Shown here piece after piece: positions 43,106-54,996 of a DNA stretch of 64,000 nucleotides. Location: the NCBI GenBank assembly GCA_001600815.1, contig BCKZ01000009.1, positions 274,194 to 338,193 of the forward strand, read 5' to 3'. The notes beneath the pieces are model-generated. The model saw only the letters and a program-made list of their open reading frames with translations, was not told the origin of the DNA and ran no database searches. A program made the translations under genes and the position numbers. The stretch is from Alloascoidea hylecoeti (taxonomy: Eukaryota). How positions within the stretch are numbered: the first letter of the stretch is position 1; each line of letters begins with the position of its first letter.

Positions 43106-45580
43106 ATGAGCCAGTACTATAGTCCGACGTCTGGCTACCCACCCATGCCCCCTGCGCCGGGGCCTCAATCACAGCACCAGGGCCAGTTTCAGGGCCAGTT
43201 TCAGGGCCAGTTTCAAGCCCAACAGAACATGCAGAATAGACAGGGCCAACAACAGGCTTTCTACTCAGACCACGCAATCCGGCTGACATCCTTATCTACG
43301 TCGTTGCCCATAAGACGAAACACTTATGCCAATACTCCTTGGACAAATGTATCAAATTCCCCCAATTCAGCCGGCCCAACGAGACTTCCTGCTCCAACCA
43401 TACGCCAAGTTCGACATCGAGCTGATCTGAACCCAATCACCCACAGAGTCCCAAAATATCGAAGAGCTACATATGAAGGCGGCTATGTATCTCCGTTGCA
43501 AGGACTAACCTCCAACATCTCCGTTTCTTTCCAACTGTGTAATCCCAAATTCAATTATTTAACTTCAAGGAACCCACGCCGTGTCCTTACAAAACCTAGC
43601 GAGGGAAAATTCAACAATGGCCATGATAACGAAAATAGTGATTACATTCTGTATGTAAATGACATCTTGGGCATCGAAGATCAAAGTAAATACCTTGTTT
43701 TGGATATATTAGGTCAAGGAACCTTTGGACAGGTCGTTAAATGCCAAAACATGAAGACAAAAGAAATTGTTGCTGTTAAAGTTATCAAATCAAAGCCTGC
43801 TTATCTGAATCAATCATTAATGGAGGTATCCATTTTGGAACACGTGAACAAAAAACTGGACCCAAAAGATGAACACCATTTTCTACGGCTGTTTGATCGA
43901 TTCATATTTCGAGAACACCTTTGTTTAGTTTTTGAAATACTAGGTTGCAATCTCTATGAGCTGATAAAGCAAAATCAATTCAGAGGTCTAAGTGTTAAAT
44001 TAGTTCGCATATTTTCTAGACAATTACTAGATTCACTTGCAGTATTAAAAGATGCTAAAATTATTCATTGTGATTTAAAACCGGAAAATATACTGCTGAC
44101 TATGCCCGATACTCCTTCTGTAAAGGTAATTGATTTTGGATCTGCATGCCAGGAGCGACATACTGTTTACACGTATATTCAATCACGTTTTTATAGATCA
44201 CCAGAGGTCATCTTAGGCATGCCTTATACAAGTTCAATCGATATGTGGTCATTGGGATGCATAGTAGCTGAGCTTTTTCTTGGTTTGCCGATATTTCCTG
44301 GAAGTTCAGAGTATAACCAACTGAGCAGGATAATTGAAACGGTGGGCTATCCACCAAATTGGATGATCGAAATAGGCAAGCAATCTGAACAGTTTTTTGA
44401 TAAATATTTAGTAGATCAACCAGCAACTGGGAAAAAGGTTCCAAAATATCAACTAAAATCACTAGAAGTTTATTCAGAAGAGCACAAAACAAAAGAAAAG
44501 GCTAGTAAACGATATTTCTCCTCAATAAATTTAAAAGACATTATAATGAATTATAGTGCTCCTTTAAACAAGCAGAAACCGAATCAAGTTCAGAGTAACT
44601 TATCGACAAATATGATGTTATTATCTCCAAAAGATATGGAAACGGAGTTAGAGAATCGGGCCAGTCTTGTAGATTTTATTGAAGGATGCCTTAATCTCAA
44701 TCCACTAGAGCGATGGAGTCCTCAACAGGCATTAATGCATCCTTTTATTACAGAACAAGAATTCAAAGGGCATTTTGTTCCCGAAAGACACGACCGGGAA
44801 TCAAGTAGGCCAAGATTAGTTAATAATAGATCAACTAGTAGTATGAATACGTCTTATCAGTATCAATCTCAACAATTACAAACCCATAATTCACAATCAT
44901 ATAAAGACTCTCCATTTCACGGAATTGGGGTTAAATCACAACAACCTATTATACCACAATCTCAGCAGCAACTTCCAATACATACACAACAATTACAAAA
45001 TCACCAACAAATATTACCCCAACATATGATTTCTAATTCGTCTTTAATGCAACAAACATCTCCTAAAGATCTTGGGCGTATATACTCGAATATGATTACC
45101 CCACAAAGTGTAGTCACACAACCAAATTATATTCCTGATATTCCGATCGCCAATGACCCGTTAATGGTAAAACACATTCCAATGGGACCCTCAGCACAAC
45201 ATCATACAAGAACTCCAGTTTCTCAATTACAGCAGCAGCAAGTACAACAACAAAAAATGCAACGACAGCAACAGCAACAGCAACAGCAACAACAACAACA
45301 AAAACAGCAACAAGTGCAATTGCCAGGCAACCTGCCAAGTCAAACTTCTTTGAAAGTACAAACACAAATGCAGCAGCAACCTCCATATCAATATCCAACC
45401 CAATATCCTCCCCATCCCCCAAATCCAGCACAGCCAACTCCCGCCCAGGTTCAACAACTACAACAACAACAAGCACATATTCAAGCCCACCAATCTCAAT
45501 ATACGCCGTATACATCCTATCAAAGACATAGATCTAAAACTGTTGGTCAAATTGACACGTTCGGTTTTGGTAATGGATGA
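43106..45580 (+). CDS. YAK1: DYRK-family kinase Yak1
   Basis: NPRRVLTKPS..NNGHDNENSDYILYVND, LGQGTFGQV, HCDLKPEN, YTYIQSRFYRSPE. First ATG at 43106. Confidence 0.96.
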   Translation: MSQYYSPTSGYPPMPPAPGPQSQHQGQFQGQFQGQFQAQQNMQNRQGQQQAFYSDHAIRLTSLSTSLPIRRNTYANTPWTNVSNSPNSAGPTRLPAPTIRQVRHRADLNPITHRVPKYRRATYEGGYVSPLQGLTSNISVSFQLCNPKFNYLTSRNPRRVLTKPSEGKFNNGHDNENSDYILYVNDILGIEDQSKYLVLDILGQGTFGQVVKCQNMKTKEIVAVKVIKSKPAYLNQSLMEVSILEHVNKKLDPKDEHHFLRLFDRFIFREHLCLVFEILGCNLYELIKQNQFRGLSVKLVRIFSRQLLDSLAVLKDAKIIHCDLKPENILLTMPDTPSVKVIDFGSACQERHTVYTYIQSRFYRSPEVILGMPYTSSIDMWSLGCIVAELFLGLPIFPGSSEYNQLSRIIETVGYPPNWMIEIGKQSEQFFDKYLVDQPATGKKVPKYQLKSLEVYSEEHKTKEKASKRYFSSINLKDIIMNYSAPLNKQKPNQVQSNLSTNMMLLSPKDMETELENRASLVDFIEGCLNLNPLERWSPQQALMHPFITEQEFKGHFVPERHDRESSRPRLVNNRSTSSMNTSYQYQSQQLQTHNSQSYKDSPFHGIGVKSQQPIIPQSQQQLPIHTQQLQNHQQILPQHMISNSSLMQQTSPKDLGRIYSNMITPQSVVTQPNYIPDIPIANDPLMVKHIPMGPSAQHHTRTPVSQLQQQQVQQQKMQRQQQQQQQQQQQQKQQQVQLPGNLPSQTSLKVQTQMQQQPPYQYPTQYPPHPPNPAQPTPAQVQQLQQQQAHIQAHQSQYTPYTSYQRHRSKTVGQIDTFGFGNG
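43178..43213 (+). repeat. (CAGGGCCAGTTT)x3 coding minisatellite (QGQF)3 in YAK1
   Basis: Three perfect 12-bp units. Confidence 0.9.
45230..45313 (+). repeat. CAG/CAA polyglutamine tract in the YAK1 C-terminus
   Basis: QQQQVQQQKMQRQQQQQQQQQQQQKQQQ. Confidence 0.9.
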
Positions 45581-46283
45581 TGTGACATGTCACTAATATA
45601 TAAATAGAAGCTCATTTAACCTTATTTGTGATGAGGGCGATTTTGTATAAGAGTTAAACGCCTAGGGTTGGTCGATTGCTGCAATTTCATGTTTTTTAAA
45701 GCTCTTTTATACGTACTTTTTATTTAAATAAATAATGATATCTACGAAATTTGATGATTATAATTTAGGGGAGTGCTTGTGTATGTTATTTTTTTCACTT
45801 AATTTAGGATTTGCCCGATTATTTTCGCTATTTTAGTGTCTCCCGTTTACATAACTACAAAATTGATAGTTAAATCCACCACCTTCGAATTCCCATTTCA
45901 CTTGAGGGTCTTTACTAAACTATTAATTGGTAATACGGTTGGTCATATTTGATATCGTTTATATATCCTCGTCAATCTATTATTAATAGCACTAGTAGAA
46001 ATACAAACAAAACACCAATTGATTGCTCTAATCAAGCGTCAACTAGTAGTTAACTATATCATATATACAAATAACTTATAGTTATAACCGGAAGCCCGTG
46101 TAGTAAAACAAATCATGATAGCACCAAATAAATATACTCTTGACTTTTGACTAAATACAAATCTGGAAAGGGTTGTCCATAGGAACAAGGACAAAAAAGA
46201 TAAAAGCTGTGATAATAAAAATAGTAATAACAATGATGATTATGGCGATGGTAATGGGGTAATTCTATGATTCATTTGAGTAC

Positions 46284-46833
46284 CTAAGCGGCAAGAGGAG
46301 CATCAGGAACCTGTTGTGGTATTGGTTGTTGAGCATTCATTTTCTGGAAGGCTAAACCAACACCTTCAAATACACCTAATAAGCAAGCACAACCAATAGC
46401 TGAATTCCTACAATGTTTCCATCCACCACGAATAGCTAAAGCACCACCAGTGAAAAATCCAGCAATGATAGCATTCAACGGATCTTCTCTCTTTCTCACT
46501 GCTTTAACAGCACAGTCAAATGTTGAAAAAAGACCACCCCAAACACCGAAGTTACCACCAACAACTGGGGCTCGGGCCTTAACTGCTGAAACTGCACCTA
46601 ATCGTCGTTCACCATATGGAGAATTCCTGAATCCTTTAATACCATGCCACAGTGTACCACCGATAACCTAATAAAAGTTAGTAAAATAATTAAATGAAAG
46701 AATTCAAAGACTTTCAGTCATGTCGGTTGAGTGGAATTTCAACACTTACGCCCATAGAAAAGGCACCACCAAAATCATTCAGAATGGTCATAGGACAAGG
46801 ATCTCTTGAGTGGTCAGCTGTAGATTGTGACAT
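46284..46833 (-). CDS. TIM17: Mitochondrial inner-membrane translocase subunit Tim17 (2 exons: 46833-46750, 46667-46284)
   Basis: [40 protein letters not shown]. 82-nt intron 46668-46749 (GTAAGT..TACTAAC..TAG). Confidence 0.96.
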
Positions 46834-46925
46834 TATGATTATATGTTATGTTAAGATGGATGATTTGCTGGTTATCAAAGGTTTTGGATCTCATGAAGCT
46901 GAAAAAAAAAGTACCATTAATAGGG

Positions 46926-46933
46926 TTACCCGG
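46926..46933 (+). promoter_or_regulatory. Reb1-type site upstream of TIM17
   Basis: TTACCCGG about 93 bp upstream of the ATG. Confidence 0.55.
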
Positions 46934-47355
46934 TCTTTGTGACGATTTTTAGTTAGAGATAAGTTAATTATAAAGATTATAGAAAAAATTTAAAACTGAA
47001 AACAATATCTTTTATAGCCTAACTTCAGCAAAAATCTAGCTAATGGAATTATTTACTTCTATACTTATGAATATTACCTTACGCTGTTCTAAGATAGATC
47101 TCTTGAAAGCATGGAAAATGATTAATGTTACATTAAATTAAAAAAATATAAAACTCTACAAAAAACTCCAGTTGAGTTCTTATACCTGGATGGAACATAC
47201 CACTATTATTTTTGTATTCATTGCAGGATAAGCTTAAGCAGAGTTCAGGAGTTTAGAGTCAAATATGGGGTTGTTTTGAAATTTCGTTTCACCTGTTATA
47301 AGTTATATTATGCAAAGTGCTTGTTATGTTAATGAAAGTGTGTCAAATATTCTAA

Positions 47356-48288
47356 TTATCTCCTTTTACTCCTTCCAGGCCGTCCTTTCTTTGATTTTGA
47401 AGAAAACCCATATATGTCAGCACTACTATCAGCGTCATTTTTCCTTAAGTAACGTTTCATACCACCATGCCCATATTTCTTGTTCTTGGTTTCTCGTTTA
47501 GTACTTAATTTATGTTTGTTTTTATTGGTATTTAATTTTGTTAACTCTGCTTGAATAGCAGCGGCCTCCTCTAAAGCAATTTGAAATTCAGAATCCTTTG
47601 AATCCTTTTTATTCGAATCATTTTTATTACCTTTTACCCTTTTCTTAGAGCGACTATCTGATTGTTCAGTGTTACTTCGCTTTGTAGTTGGAGGTGCATC
47701 TTCAGGTTTTGATTCAACGTGTAGTGATTTTCCTTTTCTACTCCTTGATTTTTTTTCGAGTTCTTGTTCTAATTTAAGCTTTTTAGCTGTTTCTTGTTCA
47801 TCTAGTTTCTTTTTCAATTGATCCATTTCTTTTGAAGGTTTAATAGTTTCACTCCAAAAGTCATTAGGTGGTAAGAATGGCATCTTTTTAGATTTATATA
47901 TATTTCCTGCAAGCTTAACAGCTTCTAAAGCTTGGGCAGTGAATACAGAATCTTTTTCCAAATCATCGTAAATGTCTTTAATCTGAGACTCAGCGGTCAT
48001 ATCAGAAGTGATACTATTGTGTTGAACAAAGGACATGTCATTGTATCGTAGTTCAATCGTAGCCAATTTTGACCTTAGGGCTGCGACATTGTTTATTGTA
48101 AGCTTCTGAAAGGGTACAACATCAGCGTCCGAATCGATTTCAACCTCAGAGAAGGGGACATCTTCTTCTTCTTCTTCCTCTTCAACCTCCTTAGTTTCAT
48201 TCTTCAGCAGAGGGATATGTTCGGGTTCATTTTGTTCATTTGAATCCACCAGATTATTGAGGATAGCCGAAAGAGTAGTTCCTGCCAT
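47356..48288 (-). CDS. EBP2: Ebp2-like pre-rRNA processing protein (divergent)
   Basis: VPFSEVEIDSDADVVPFQKLTINN, IKDIYDD, C-terminal KYGHGGMKR...NDADSS...RPGRSKRR. Confidence 0.85.
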   Translation of the reverse strand: MAGTTLSAILNNLVDSNEQNEPEHIPLLKNETKEVEEEEEEEDVPFSEVEIDSDADVVPFQKLTINNVAALRSKLATIELRYNDMSFVQHNSITSDMTAESQIKDIYDDLEKDSVFTAQALEAVKLAGNIYKSKKMPFLPPNDFWSETIKPSKEMDQLKKKLDEQETAKKLKLEQELEKKSRSRKGKSLHVESKPEDAPPTTKRSNTEQSDSRSKKRVKGNKNDSNKKDSKDSEFQIALEEAAAIQAELTKLNTNKNKHKLSTKRETKNKKYGHGGMKRYLRKNDADSSADIYGFSSKSKKGRPGRSKRR

Positions 48289-48333
48289 TCTTAATAGCTG
48301 TATTGAAAATTATGAAATATTTTAGGTCCTGGA

Positions 48334-48365
48334 CCGGGTAAGCAAGAGAGCACTGCGCCGGGTAA
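48334..48365 (-). promoter_or_regulatory. Tandem Reb1-type sites in the EBP2/NNK1 divergent promoter
   Basis: CCGGGTAA at 48334-48341 and 48358-48365. Confidence 0.6.
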
Positions 48366-48671
48366 CAAATGATATAATGTGCAGCGGGAAAAGTAGGAAA
48401 TCCGGAATGGGAGAGAATTTGGAAAAGCCGGGAAGAGCAGGAGAAATCCACTTTTGTTGAACCGATAGGAACACCTGCACCCGTACCTGCACCCGCAACC
48501 TCACCCACCCGGCTCTCGGGGACACTCGGACTTTATTCCTCCGGTTTTGTGTTTGAGTTTGCAATTGAGTGGCGGTGGCGGTGCGTGACGTAATTGTGAT
48601 TACATAAGCAGATCTTCCCTCCCAAAATCCTTTCTTGTGAGACCTCCGACATAAATGTCCCCTATGCATAC

Positions 48672-51380
48672 ATGAGCCCATACTACTACGCTAAGCAATA
48701 CTCCCAAAGAAGACCTTACGAATATATTGAAACCAGGGATGAGGGCACCCAGACCACCCCCAATTCCTACTCAAAACTTGCCGGCGATACTTTGAAAACC
48801 TTCCCGCAGGTCCCGCCGAATTTAAGCACCCTGATCCAAATGGACGACAGTCCAATGAGTCCGTGGTCTGCCGTCCGCCCCATCTCTATCCCTTCAAATA
48901 CACAGCAACCAAATCAGCTATTGAACAGCTCATTCGGATCATCTGCTGATTTTTCAGCGCCTGAAATTTCCAGAGAAAAGAAACGGAAACTTTCTGCCAA
49001 GCGATTGGACACTCGATACAAGCACTTTCTGCGACTTTTTGGTAACACCGACACTGAACACGTGAATAATACGACCACACAAGCCAGTATATATGAACCT
49101 ATCTACTCTACATCTCAGTACATTGGGTTGAATGGTGTTGCTGATGAGTATATTCCAGACATCGACTTCTCCCAGATTCTCCCGGACTCCGCTATAAATG
49201 ACTTGCGAAAATCTAGAAAGGAAATCAGAAAAAGAGAAATCAAAAAAGATAGAAATTTTAATAATGGTGAACGTGAAATTAAACAGCAAGATTCAGAATC
49301 AAAGGCATTGCTCCATAACATTAAGAAAGAACCAAAGCTACAAAAAGTAGATATTCCTCTCAATTCCAATGAAAGTACATCTTTAGATACAAATCTTGAA
49401 AACTATCAAGAACAAGAAATAAATCATTTTAATCATCGTCCAACTATGCAAAAGATTAATACAAATATCGCAAACTATCCTTCAGGTTTCGATGGGTTAT
49501 CCAATAGTACCAGAAATTTTTCACTTCCTGTACCTGTCCCATCTGCAAGGAGCATTGCTAGAAAATCGTCATATATGAATGTGGATCCAACAATCTCCAA
49601 CCAATTGCCTTCCAATTTCTCAGATTTACCTTTCTCTCAACGAAGAAAGCTTGCAGGTTATATGAATGGAAACTCTGCAGTAGTTTCTCCCTTGGACTCA
49701 CCACTATCATCTCCTTTATCTAGTACTGCTCGTTTATCACAAGGATATAGTCCAAATACTAGGACCAGTAAATGGAATGATTCCAAACTACAGTTAAACT
49801 CCCCCATCTATCGTCTTAATGGTAGATCTGGACGAAGATCTAATTCGGTACTTGGTTCTTCTTATGATATATCTCGCAGAGGTAGTCTTACGGCTGATAA
49901 TAGTCCTGCATCTAGATTTTTGTCACAATTTAATTCACAAGTTGTTGTTGAGCCTGATGCTGAAGGTCAACTTATCGAAAATTATACTATTGGAAAAGTT
50001 ATTGGGTATGGGGCCTATAGTAGTATCAAGGAAGTTTCTGTAACTGATTCTCAAACTGGAATTCTATTAATTAGAGCGGTTAAAATCGTTAGGAAACGTC
50101 GAGATTCTGTGGTACAACGTAGATCAAGTGTCACTGATGCTTTAACTTTCAATGTTAGGCGTAGAAATATAAACAGTGATACAATCTTAAATGATGAAGT
50201 TGAAATAGATCCCATTACTAAAGAATTTAATCATGAAGTTGAAATTTGGAAAAGATTAGATCATCCAAATATTTTAAAATTGATACATGTCATTGATAAT
50301 GACTTTGCAACTTTTTGCATATCCCGAAGAATATATTCTGGTACTTTATTTGATATTGTGAAATTAAATTGGAAAAGAGGAATATCTGAAGATTTGGTCG
50401 AGAATTATGCTTCTCAAATTGCAAATGGATTACAATACCTGCATAATCATGCATTGGTGGTTCATCGAGACATCAAACTTGAAAATTGCTTACTTAATGA
50501 AAGTGAGACTGGTGAAACGATTATTTTAATTTGCGATTTTGGAATGAGTGAATACTATGAAAAGAAACCTTCCAATTCATACCATGAAGATGAGGATCGT
50601 AAAGAAAAGTATCACAAATCTTTATCTAGTACCCGATTGTCTAGAATGCGAGAAAACACTGGCCGACCAAGAAGAAGAAGTATCAGTCCAAATTTAACTG
50701 GGGCTAATCGTGATAAATCAAGAACTTCTTTGTATGAAGATTCAAAATCGATTACCTATAATGATAGTAAAGCTTATGGACCGTCTAATGCTTCAACAGT
50801 TTTAAGGGGACTAGATTCACAAGAGCGTCTTGATTCCTTTGCGAGAAAAATAGAGGAGGATAGTCCAATGAAAGAAAAAGAATCTAAGAAGGGTATCGAT
50901 CTTCGAAAAGATTCAATTACTAGTGCCGCTAGTTCTTCTACAGATTCTTTGCTATCTAGCAACTCAAATCAAGCGAAGAATGAATCAACAACATCATTCA
51001 CATCTAGTACTATGTCTTCATCATTTATTGATATGCCAAATATTGGTTCGTTACCTTATGCAGCTCCAGAGCAACTTTTAAATGATGATCCTATTGTTGA
51101 CCCATCCATTGACATGTGGGCATTTGGAGTCATCTTATATACCATGTATGTCGGTGTTTTACCATTCCATCACTCATTTGAGCCCAAATTAAGACAAATG
51201 ATTACACAGGCCAATTGGGATAGAAAGGCTCTTCGGAATAAAATTGGAAGTTCCAAAACTGGAATTGTTGCTAAATTATTAGAGAAGGATATATCCAAGA
51301 GATGGACAATTGATGATCTACTTTCCTCTACATTATTTGACAAACTCAAGAATAAAAAAGATTCAAAAACTTTATCTTAA
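48672..51380 (+). CDS. NNK1: Ser/Thr protein kinase, Nnk1-like, with a long insert after the DFG motif
   Basis: EYIPDIDFS, FSDLPFSQRRK, IGYGAYS, VHRDIKLENCLL, CDFGMS, IGSLPYAAPE, PFHHSFEPKL. Confidence 0.8.
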   Translation: MSPYYYAKQYSQRRPYEYIETRDEGTQTTPNSYSKLAGDTLKTFPQVPPNLSTLIQMDDSPMSPWSAVRPISIPSNTQQPNQLLNSSFGSSADFSAPEISREKKRKLSAKRLDTRYKHFLRLFGNTDTEHVNNTTTQASIYEPIYSTSQYIGLNGVADEYIPDIDFSQILPDSAINDLRKSRKEIRKREIKKDRNFNNGEREIKQQDSESKALLHNIKKEPKLQKVDIPLNSNESTSLDTNLENYQEQEINHFNHRPTMQKINTNIANYPSGFDGLSNSTRNFSLPVPVPSARSIARKSSYMNVDPTISNQLPSNFSDLPFSQRRKLAGYMNGNSAVVSPLDSPLSSPLSSTARLSQGYSPNTRTSKWNDSKLQLNSPIYRLNGRSGRRSNSVLGSSYDISRRGSLTADNSPASRFLSQFNSQVVVEPDAEGQLIENYTIGKVIGYGAYSSIKEVSVTDSQTGILLIRAVKIVRKRRDSVVQRRSSVTDALTFNVRRRNINSDTILNDEVEIDPITKEFNHEVEIWKRLDHPNILKLIHVIDNDFATFCISRRIYSGTLFDIVKLNWKRGISEDLVENYASQIANGLQYLHNHALVVHRDIKLENCLLNESETGETIILICDFGMSEYYEKKPSNSYHEDEDRKEKYHKSLSSTRLSRMRENTGRPRRRSISPNLTGANRDKSRTSLYEDSKSITYNDSKAYGPSNASTVLRGLDSQERLDSFARKIEEDSPMKEKESKKGIDLRKDSITSAASSSTDSLLSSNSNQAKNESTTSFTSSTMSSSFIDMPNIGSLPYAAPEQLLNDDPIVDPSIDMWAFGVILYTMYVGVLPFHHSFEPKLRQMITQANWDRKALRNKIGSSKTGIVAKLLEKDISKRWTIDDLLSSTLFDKLKNKKDSKTLS

Positions 51381-52976
51381 ATCCAATATGTTGTGATCAT
51401 TTACATACTTTAGGAAAGCCAAAAAAATACACACCTATTATATTATGCGCCAACTTGTTTCTTTATCTGCTTCTCTTCCCCCTTCTTGCTTTTTTTTTTT
51501 TGTTATTAAAATTAATAGTTTTCCTACTTTTATTATAGCATAGTTGTTACATTATTTTGATATCCATTATTTCTTCAAAATGACGATGTGATAAAATGCA
51601 TTAAAATGTGTAATTCTGGGTTACACTTTTGTTAATATTTAAGACTCTATGATTTTTATTCCCTGTTGCTACTACTCCTGTTGTCGCATATTGTTTCCTA
51701 TGCTTATTATGATTTTATTTGTTATTTGATTAATAAGTACTTGTATTTATTGACTAATCATTGTTGCTTGTAACTTATGATTACATTTTTTTTCTTATTG
51801 TTCTAAAAGCTAATGATTATAAAGTTTAGCATTATTTGTTGATTGATTAATATTTACATGAACGATTTGCAATTTGGTTTATGTAATTATATTATCTTAC
51901 TTATGTTAATATTTTCTTCTGTTGTTATATACTTATTTTATAATATTATGCTACTTTATGTCATTATTATTGGATTTCAGCTTCAATTGAAACCACTTAA
52001 TCTTGCTTTCTGGATCTTCGAATTCATGGAATCGTGCCAACTTTCTCAAATTTAGCTACATTAATCAATTATTCCACTTAAGTTCGACCACATGGTGGAG
52101 CAAATATTTGGCCACCTTTTGAACTAAAAGTGTAACTGTAAAACATTATCATAGAAATTCATTAATTAGTGTCACCTAGGTAGCATTTCCAGCAGCTACA
52201 TGTATCTTCTTTCATCTGAGAATTATTTAAAGAAACACCTAAAATTAATTACCAAAGAAATATAGAGCTCATAACTACGATTGTCGTTCAAGCTACAGAA
52301 ATGTGTTGAAAGGTTGTAATCAACATTGCATGCAACTTGCAGGAGATTTATTATGTTGCCAATATTATCGCCAATTTTTTTGTTAATATAGTTTTACATT
52401 TATGTATAAGTAGTTTAAATTTATGGATCACATTCAAAGCTATCATATATTTATTTTTATTGAACTGATCAGGTTTTGACTCCACAGCTAAAGATGAAAA
52501 CTTAAGAATTAATGACATACATATTATTATGTTGCGGAATTCTCATACCACCCACGAGTAATATCTATCCCGAAAAACAACAAGACAACAATAAAAGTGC
52601 TTTACAACACAAAAAAGTATATTCTATAAATCCAGAAACGTTTGTGATCCTATTGAAATATAACAAGACGGATTTTGTTCTTTTATTCTATCATATTCCC
52701 GAGGCTTCAACCTTTTTGACAAACATTTCATAAAGTAACTTCAATCGTCTCCGTCTTTCTTTGAGCTTTGAGAAGATCTAGACGACACGATAATTATTTA
52801 AGCCATATTTATAATTTTTTGGTATTTACACGGGATTTTATAATCTATTAAATTTTAGATTTGTTACTTGTACCTCATAGTCTGTGTTATATCAACCTTC
52901 AAAAATTTCTTGTACTGTATTCGACGACACCAAAATATCACCACCACCAACATTATCTATTATCTTTAAGCACAAA

Positions 52977-54866
52977 ATGAGTGACAGTGAATTTAATTCA
53001 AAAGGAGATAAAGAGATCTCACAAACCTCTAAAAATGTTACCAAAAACTTTTCATTCCGAGAAGATAGCACATCAAAATCAGATGCATCACAGGTAAATG
53101 ATCACAAGGAGGAAAAACATGAGCTGAGTGACGAAATCTCAATGACAGATGGGAGTGCAAAGATTATTGATAATCTGGTGAGCGATGATATCACGGAAAT
53201 TAAAAAGGAATCTGCGTTAAATCCAAGCGTCGTAACCGAACGAACTCATCCTATAATTACCCCAGCTTATACAAATTGGTTTGATATACACAAAATACAC
53301 AATGAAATTGAAAAGGTATCACTTCCTGAATATTTCAGCGGCCTTAATAAATCTAAAACACCAATAATATACTTAAAATATCGAAATTTTATGATAAATA
53401 CCTACCGTCTAAATCCCGAAGAATACCTAACAGTAACCTCGTGTCGTCGGTCTCTTGTAGGTGATGTTGGTGGTATTATGAGAATACATAAATTTCTTGA
53501 AAGATGGGGATTAATCAATTATCAAGTACGGCCGGAAGCAAGACCTAAAAGCTGGGGAACAAATGGGTTACCATATACTGGGGACTTTAAGATACACTAT
53601 GACACACCAAGAGGTTTATTCCCATTTCAGACTTATCAACCACAGACTGAATTTCCGCGATTAGAAGATATAAAAAGTTTAGCAAAAGAAAGGATTAAGG
53701 GCAAACATGCAACTGAAAATGGTACAAATGAAAAGAAGCATGAAGGGTCTGAACAAGACTTAGATTCGGCACATGTTACAAAAAAAGCGCGTCTAGATAA
53801 TTCAATAAAACCAGAAAGTGAGGTATCGACTTGGACTCCACACGAACTAGCCAAGTTATATGCGGCGGTAGATAAATTTAAAGACAATTGGTTTGAAACA
53901 GCACAATTTGTAGGTACAAAGAGTGCCGAGCAATGTATTCTACGTTTTTTACAGCTGCCAATCAATGACTCATATCTGGAGAACTATGAGGAATCAATTG
54001 GAGTTTTACGATTAGCACCAAAAGCAGCATTTAATAAGGATGAGAGTCCTGTCTTATCTACAGTTGCTTTTCTAGCTGGGCTTGTGGACCCTGAAGTTGC
54101 AGCAGCAGCAGCCGGACTATCGCTTGAAGATGTTAAGAAAAGGACGGGTGAGGTTCTTCGTGAACTTGATACAGCAACAGGTTCCCCAAAAGTTCAAACA
54201 GCAGATCAATTAAATAATGAGGAGAAGAAGAAAAGCCCAAGTCTAAATGGAGATATTAACGATTCAAAAGACGTAAAAGATGTGCCGGTCGGGGCCGTTA
54301 TAGAGGATAATGAGGACCAAGAGCAGAATCAAAAGAAAGATCAGGAGCAAGAGCAAGAGCAAGTATTGAATGGCAAAAACTCATCACCAAAACGAGAGGC
54401 ACCAGTATTCGTCAAAGAACCTAGTTCAAATGTGAGCGAAAGTGCAGCAGTTGGACTTAGTTGTTTAGCAGCTAGAAGTGCTGTTTTCGCGGCCTATCAG
54501 AAGCAAGAGCTGCAGAGTCTGATTTTGAGTATGGTCAATTACGAAGTGAGCAAGCTGTATGTAAAACTGGAGAAGCTGGAAAGCATCGAGCGGAGCTTGG
54601 AGTATGAGAAGAAGCTGATTGTGGCTCAAGAAGAAGAGGTTCTACTAGACCGACTGTCGCTGCTGGAAACGACGACCCGGGTAGTCCAGATCCTCAAACA
54701 AGCTACGGACACAGGGGATCACAATTTGGCGGTCGAGGCCAAGCTGCTGATACTGGAAAACACCAAAGAGCGTATGGATCTGGTGGAAGATGGTGAGACT
54801 CCGGTGCAGCCGGTACGGCCAGTGAGCGTGGAGGCCCCACAATCCTACAAGTACTGGTTGTTGTAG
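52977..54866 (+). CDS. SWI3: SWI/SNF subunit Swi3 (SWIRM + SANT, no ZZ finger seen)
   Basis: SKTPIIYLKYRNFMINTYRLNP..WGLINYQV, DTPRGLFPF, EQCILRFLQLPI, PVLSTVAFLAGLVDP, C-terminal PVSVEAPQSYKYW. First ATG 52977. Paralog Rsc8 is less likely. Confidence 0.85.
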   Translation: MSDSEFNSKGDKEISQTSKNVTKNFSFREDSTSKSDASQVNDHKEEKHELSDEISMTDGSAKIIDNLVSDDITEIKKESALNPSVVTERTHPIITPAYTNWFDIHKIHNEIEKVSLPEYFSGLNKSKTPIIYLKYRNFMINTYRLNPEEYLTVTSCRRSLVGDVGGIMRIHKFLERWGLINYQVRPEARPKSWGTNGLPYTGDFKIHYDTPRGLFPFQTYQPQTEFPRLEDIKSLAKERIKGKHATENGTNEKKHEGSEQDLDSAHVTKKARLDNSIKPESEVSTWTPHELAKLYAAVDKFKDNWFETAQFVGTKSAEQCILRFLQLPINDSYLENYEESIGVLRLAPKAAFNKDESPVLSTVAFLAGLVDPEVAAAAAGLSLEDVKKRTGEVLRELDTATGSPKVQTADQLNNEEKKKSPSLNGDINDSKDVKDVPVGAVIEDNEDQEQNQKKDQEQEQEQVLNGKNSSPKREAPVFVKEPSSNVSESAAVGLSCLAARSAVFAAYQKQELQSLILSMVNYEVSKLYVKLEKLESIERSLEYEKKLIVAQEEEVLLDRLSLLETTTRVVQILKQATDTGDHNLAVEAKLLILENTKERMDLVEDGETPVQPVRPVSVEAPQSYKYWLL

Positions 54867-54973
54867 ATTTTATAATTAAGTAGTCTAATCCATATTCCGG
54901 GGGACAGATCAGGTCGCCGTCGGGTTCGGTCTCTTCCTCACTACCAGCTTAACTACCAGCTTATAACGTTCAA

Positions 54974-54996
54974 CCAATTGAGGCCCGTTTAATTGG
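54974..54996. promoter_or_regulatory. Inverted pair of CCAAT boxes (Hap2/3/5-type) upstream of ATP2
   Basis: CCAAT at 54974-54978 and ATTGG at 54992-54996, 140-165 bp before the ATG of a respiratory gene. Confidence 0.45.
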
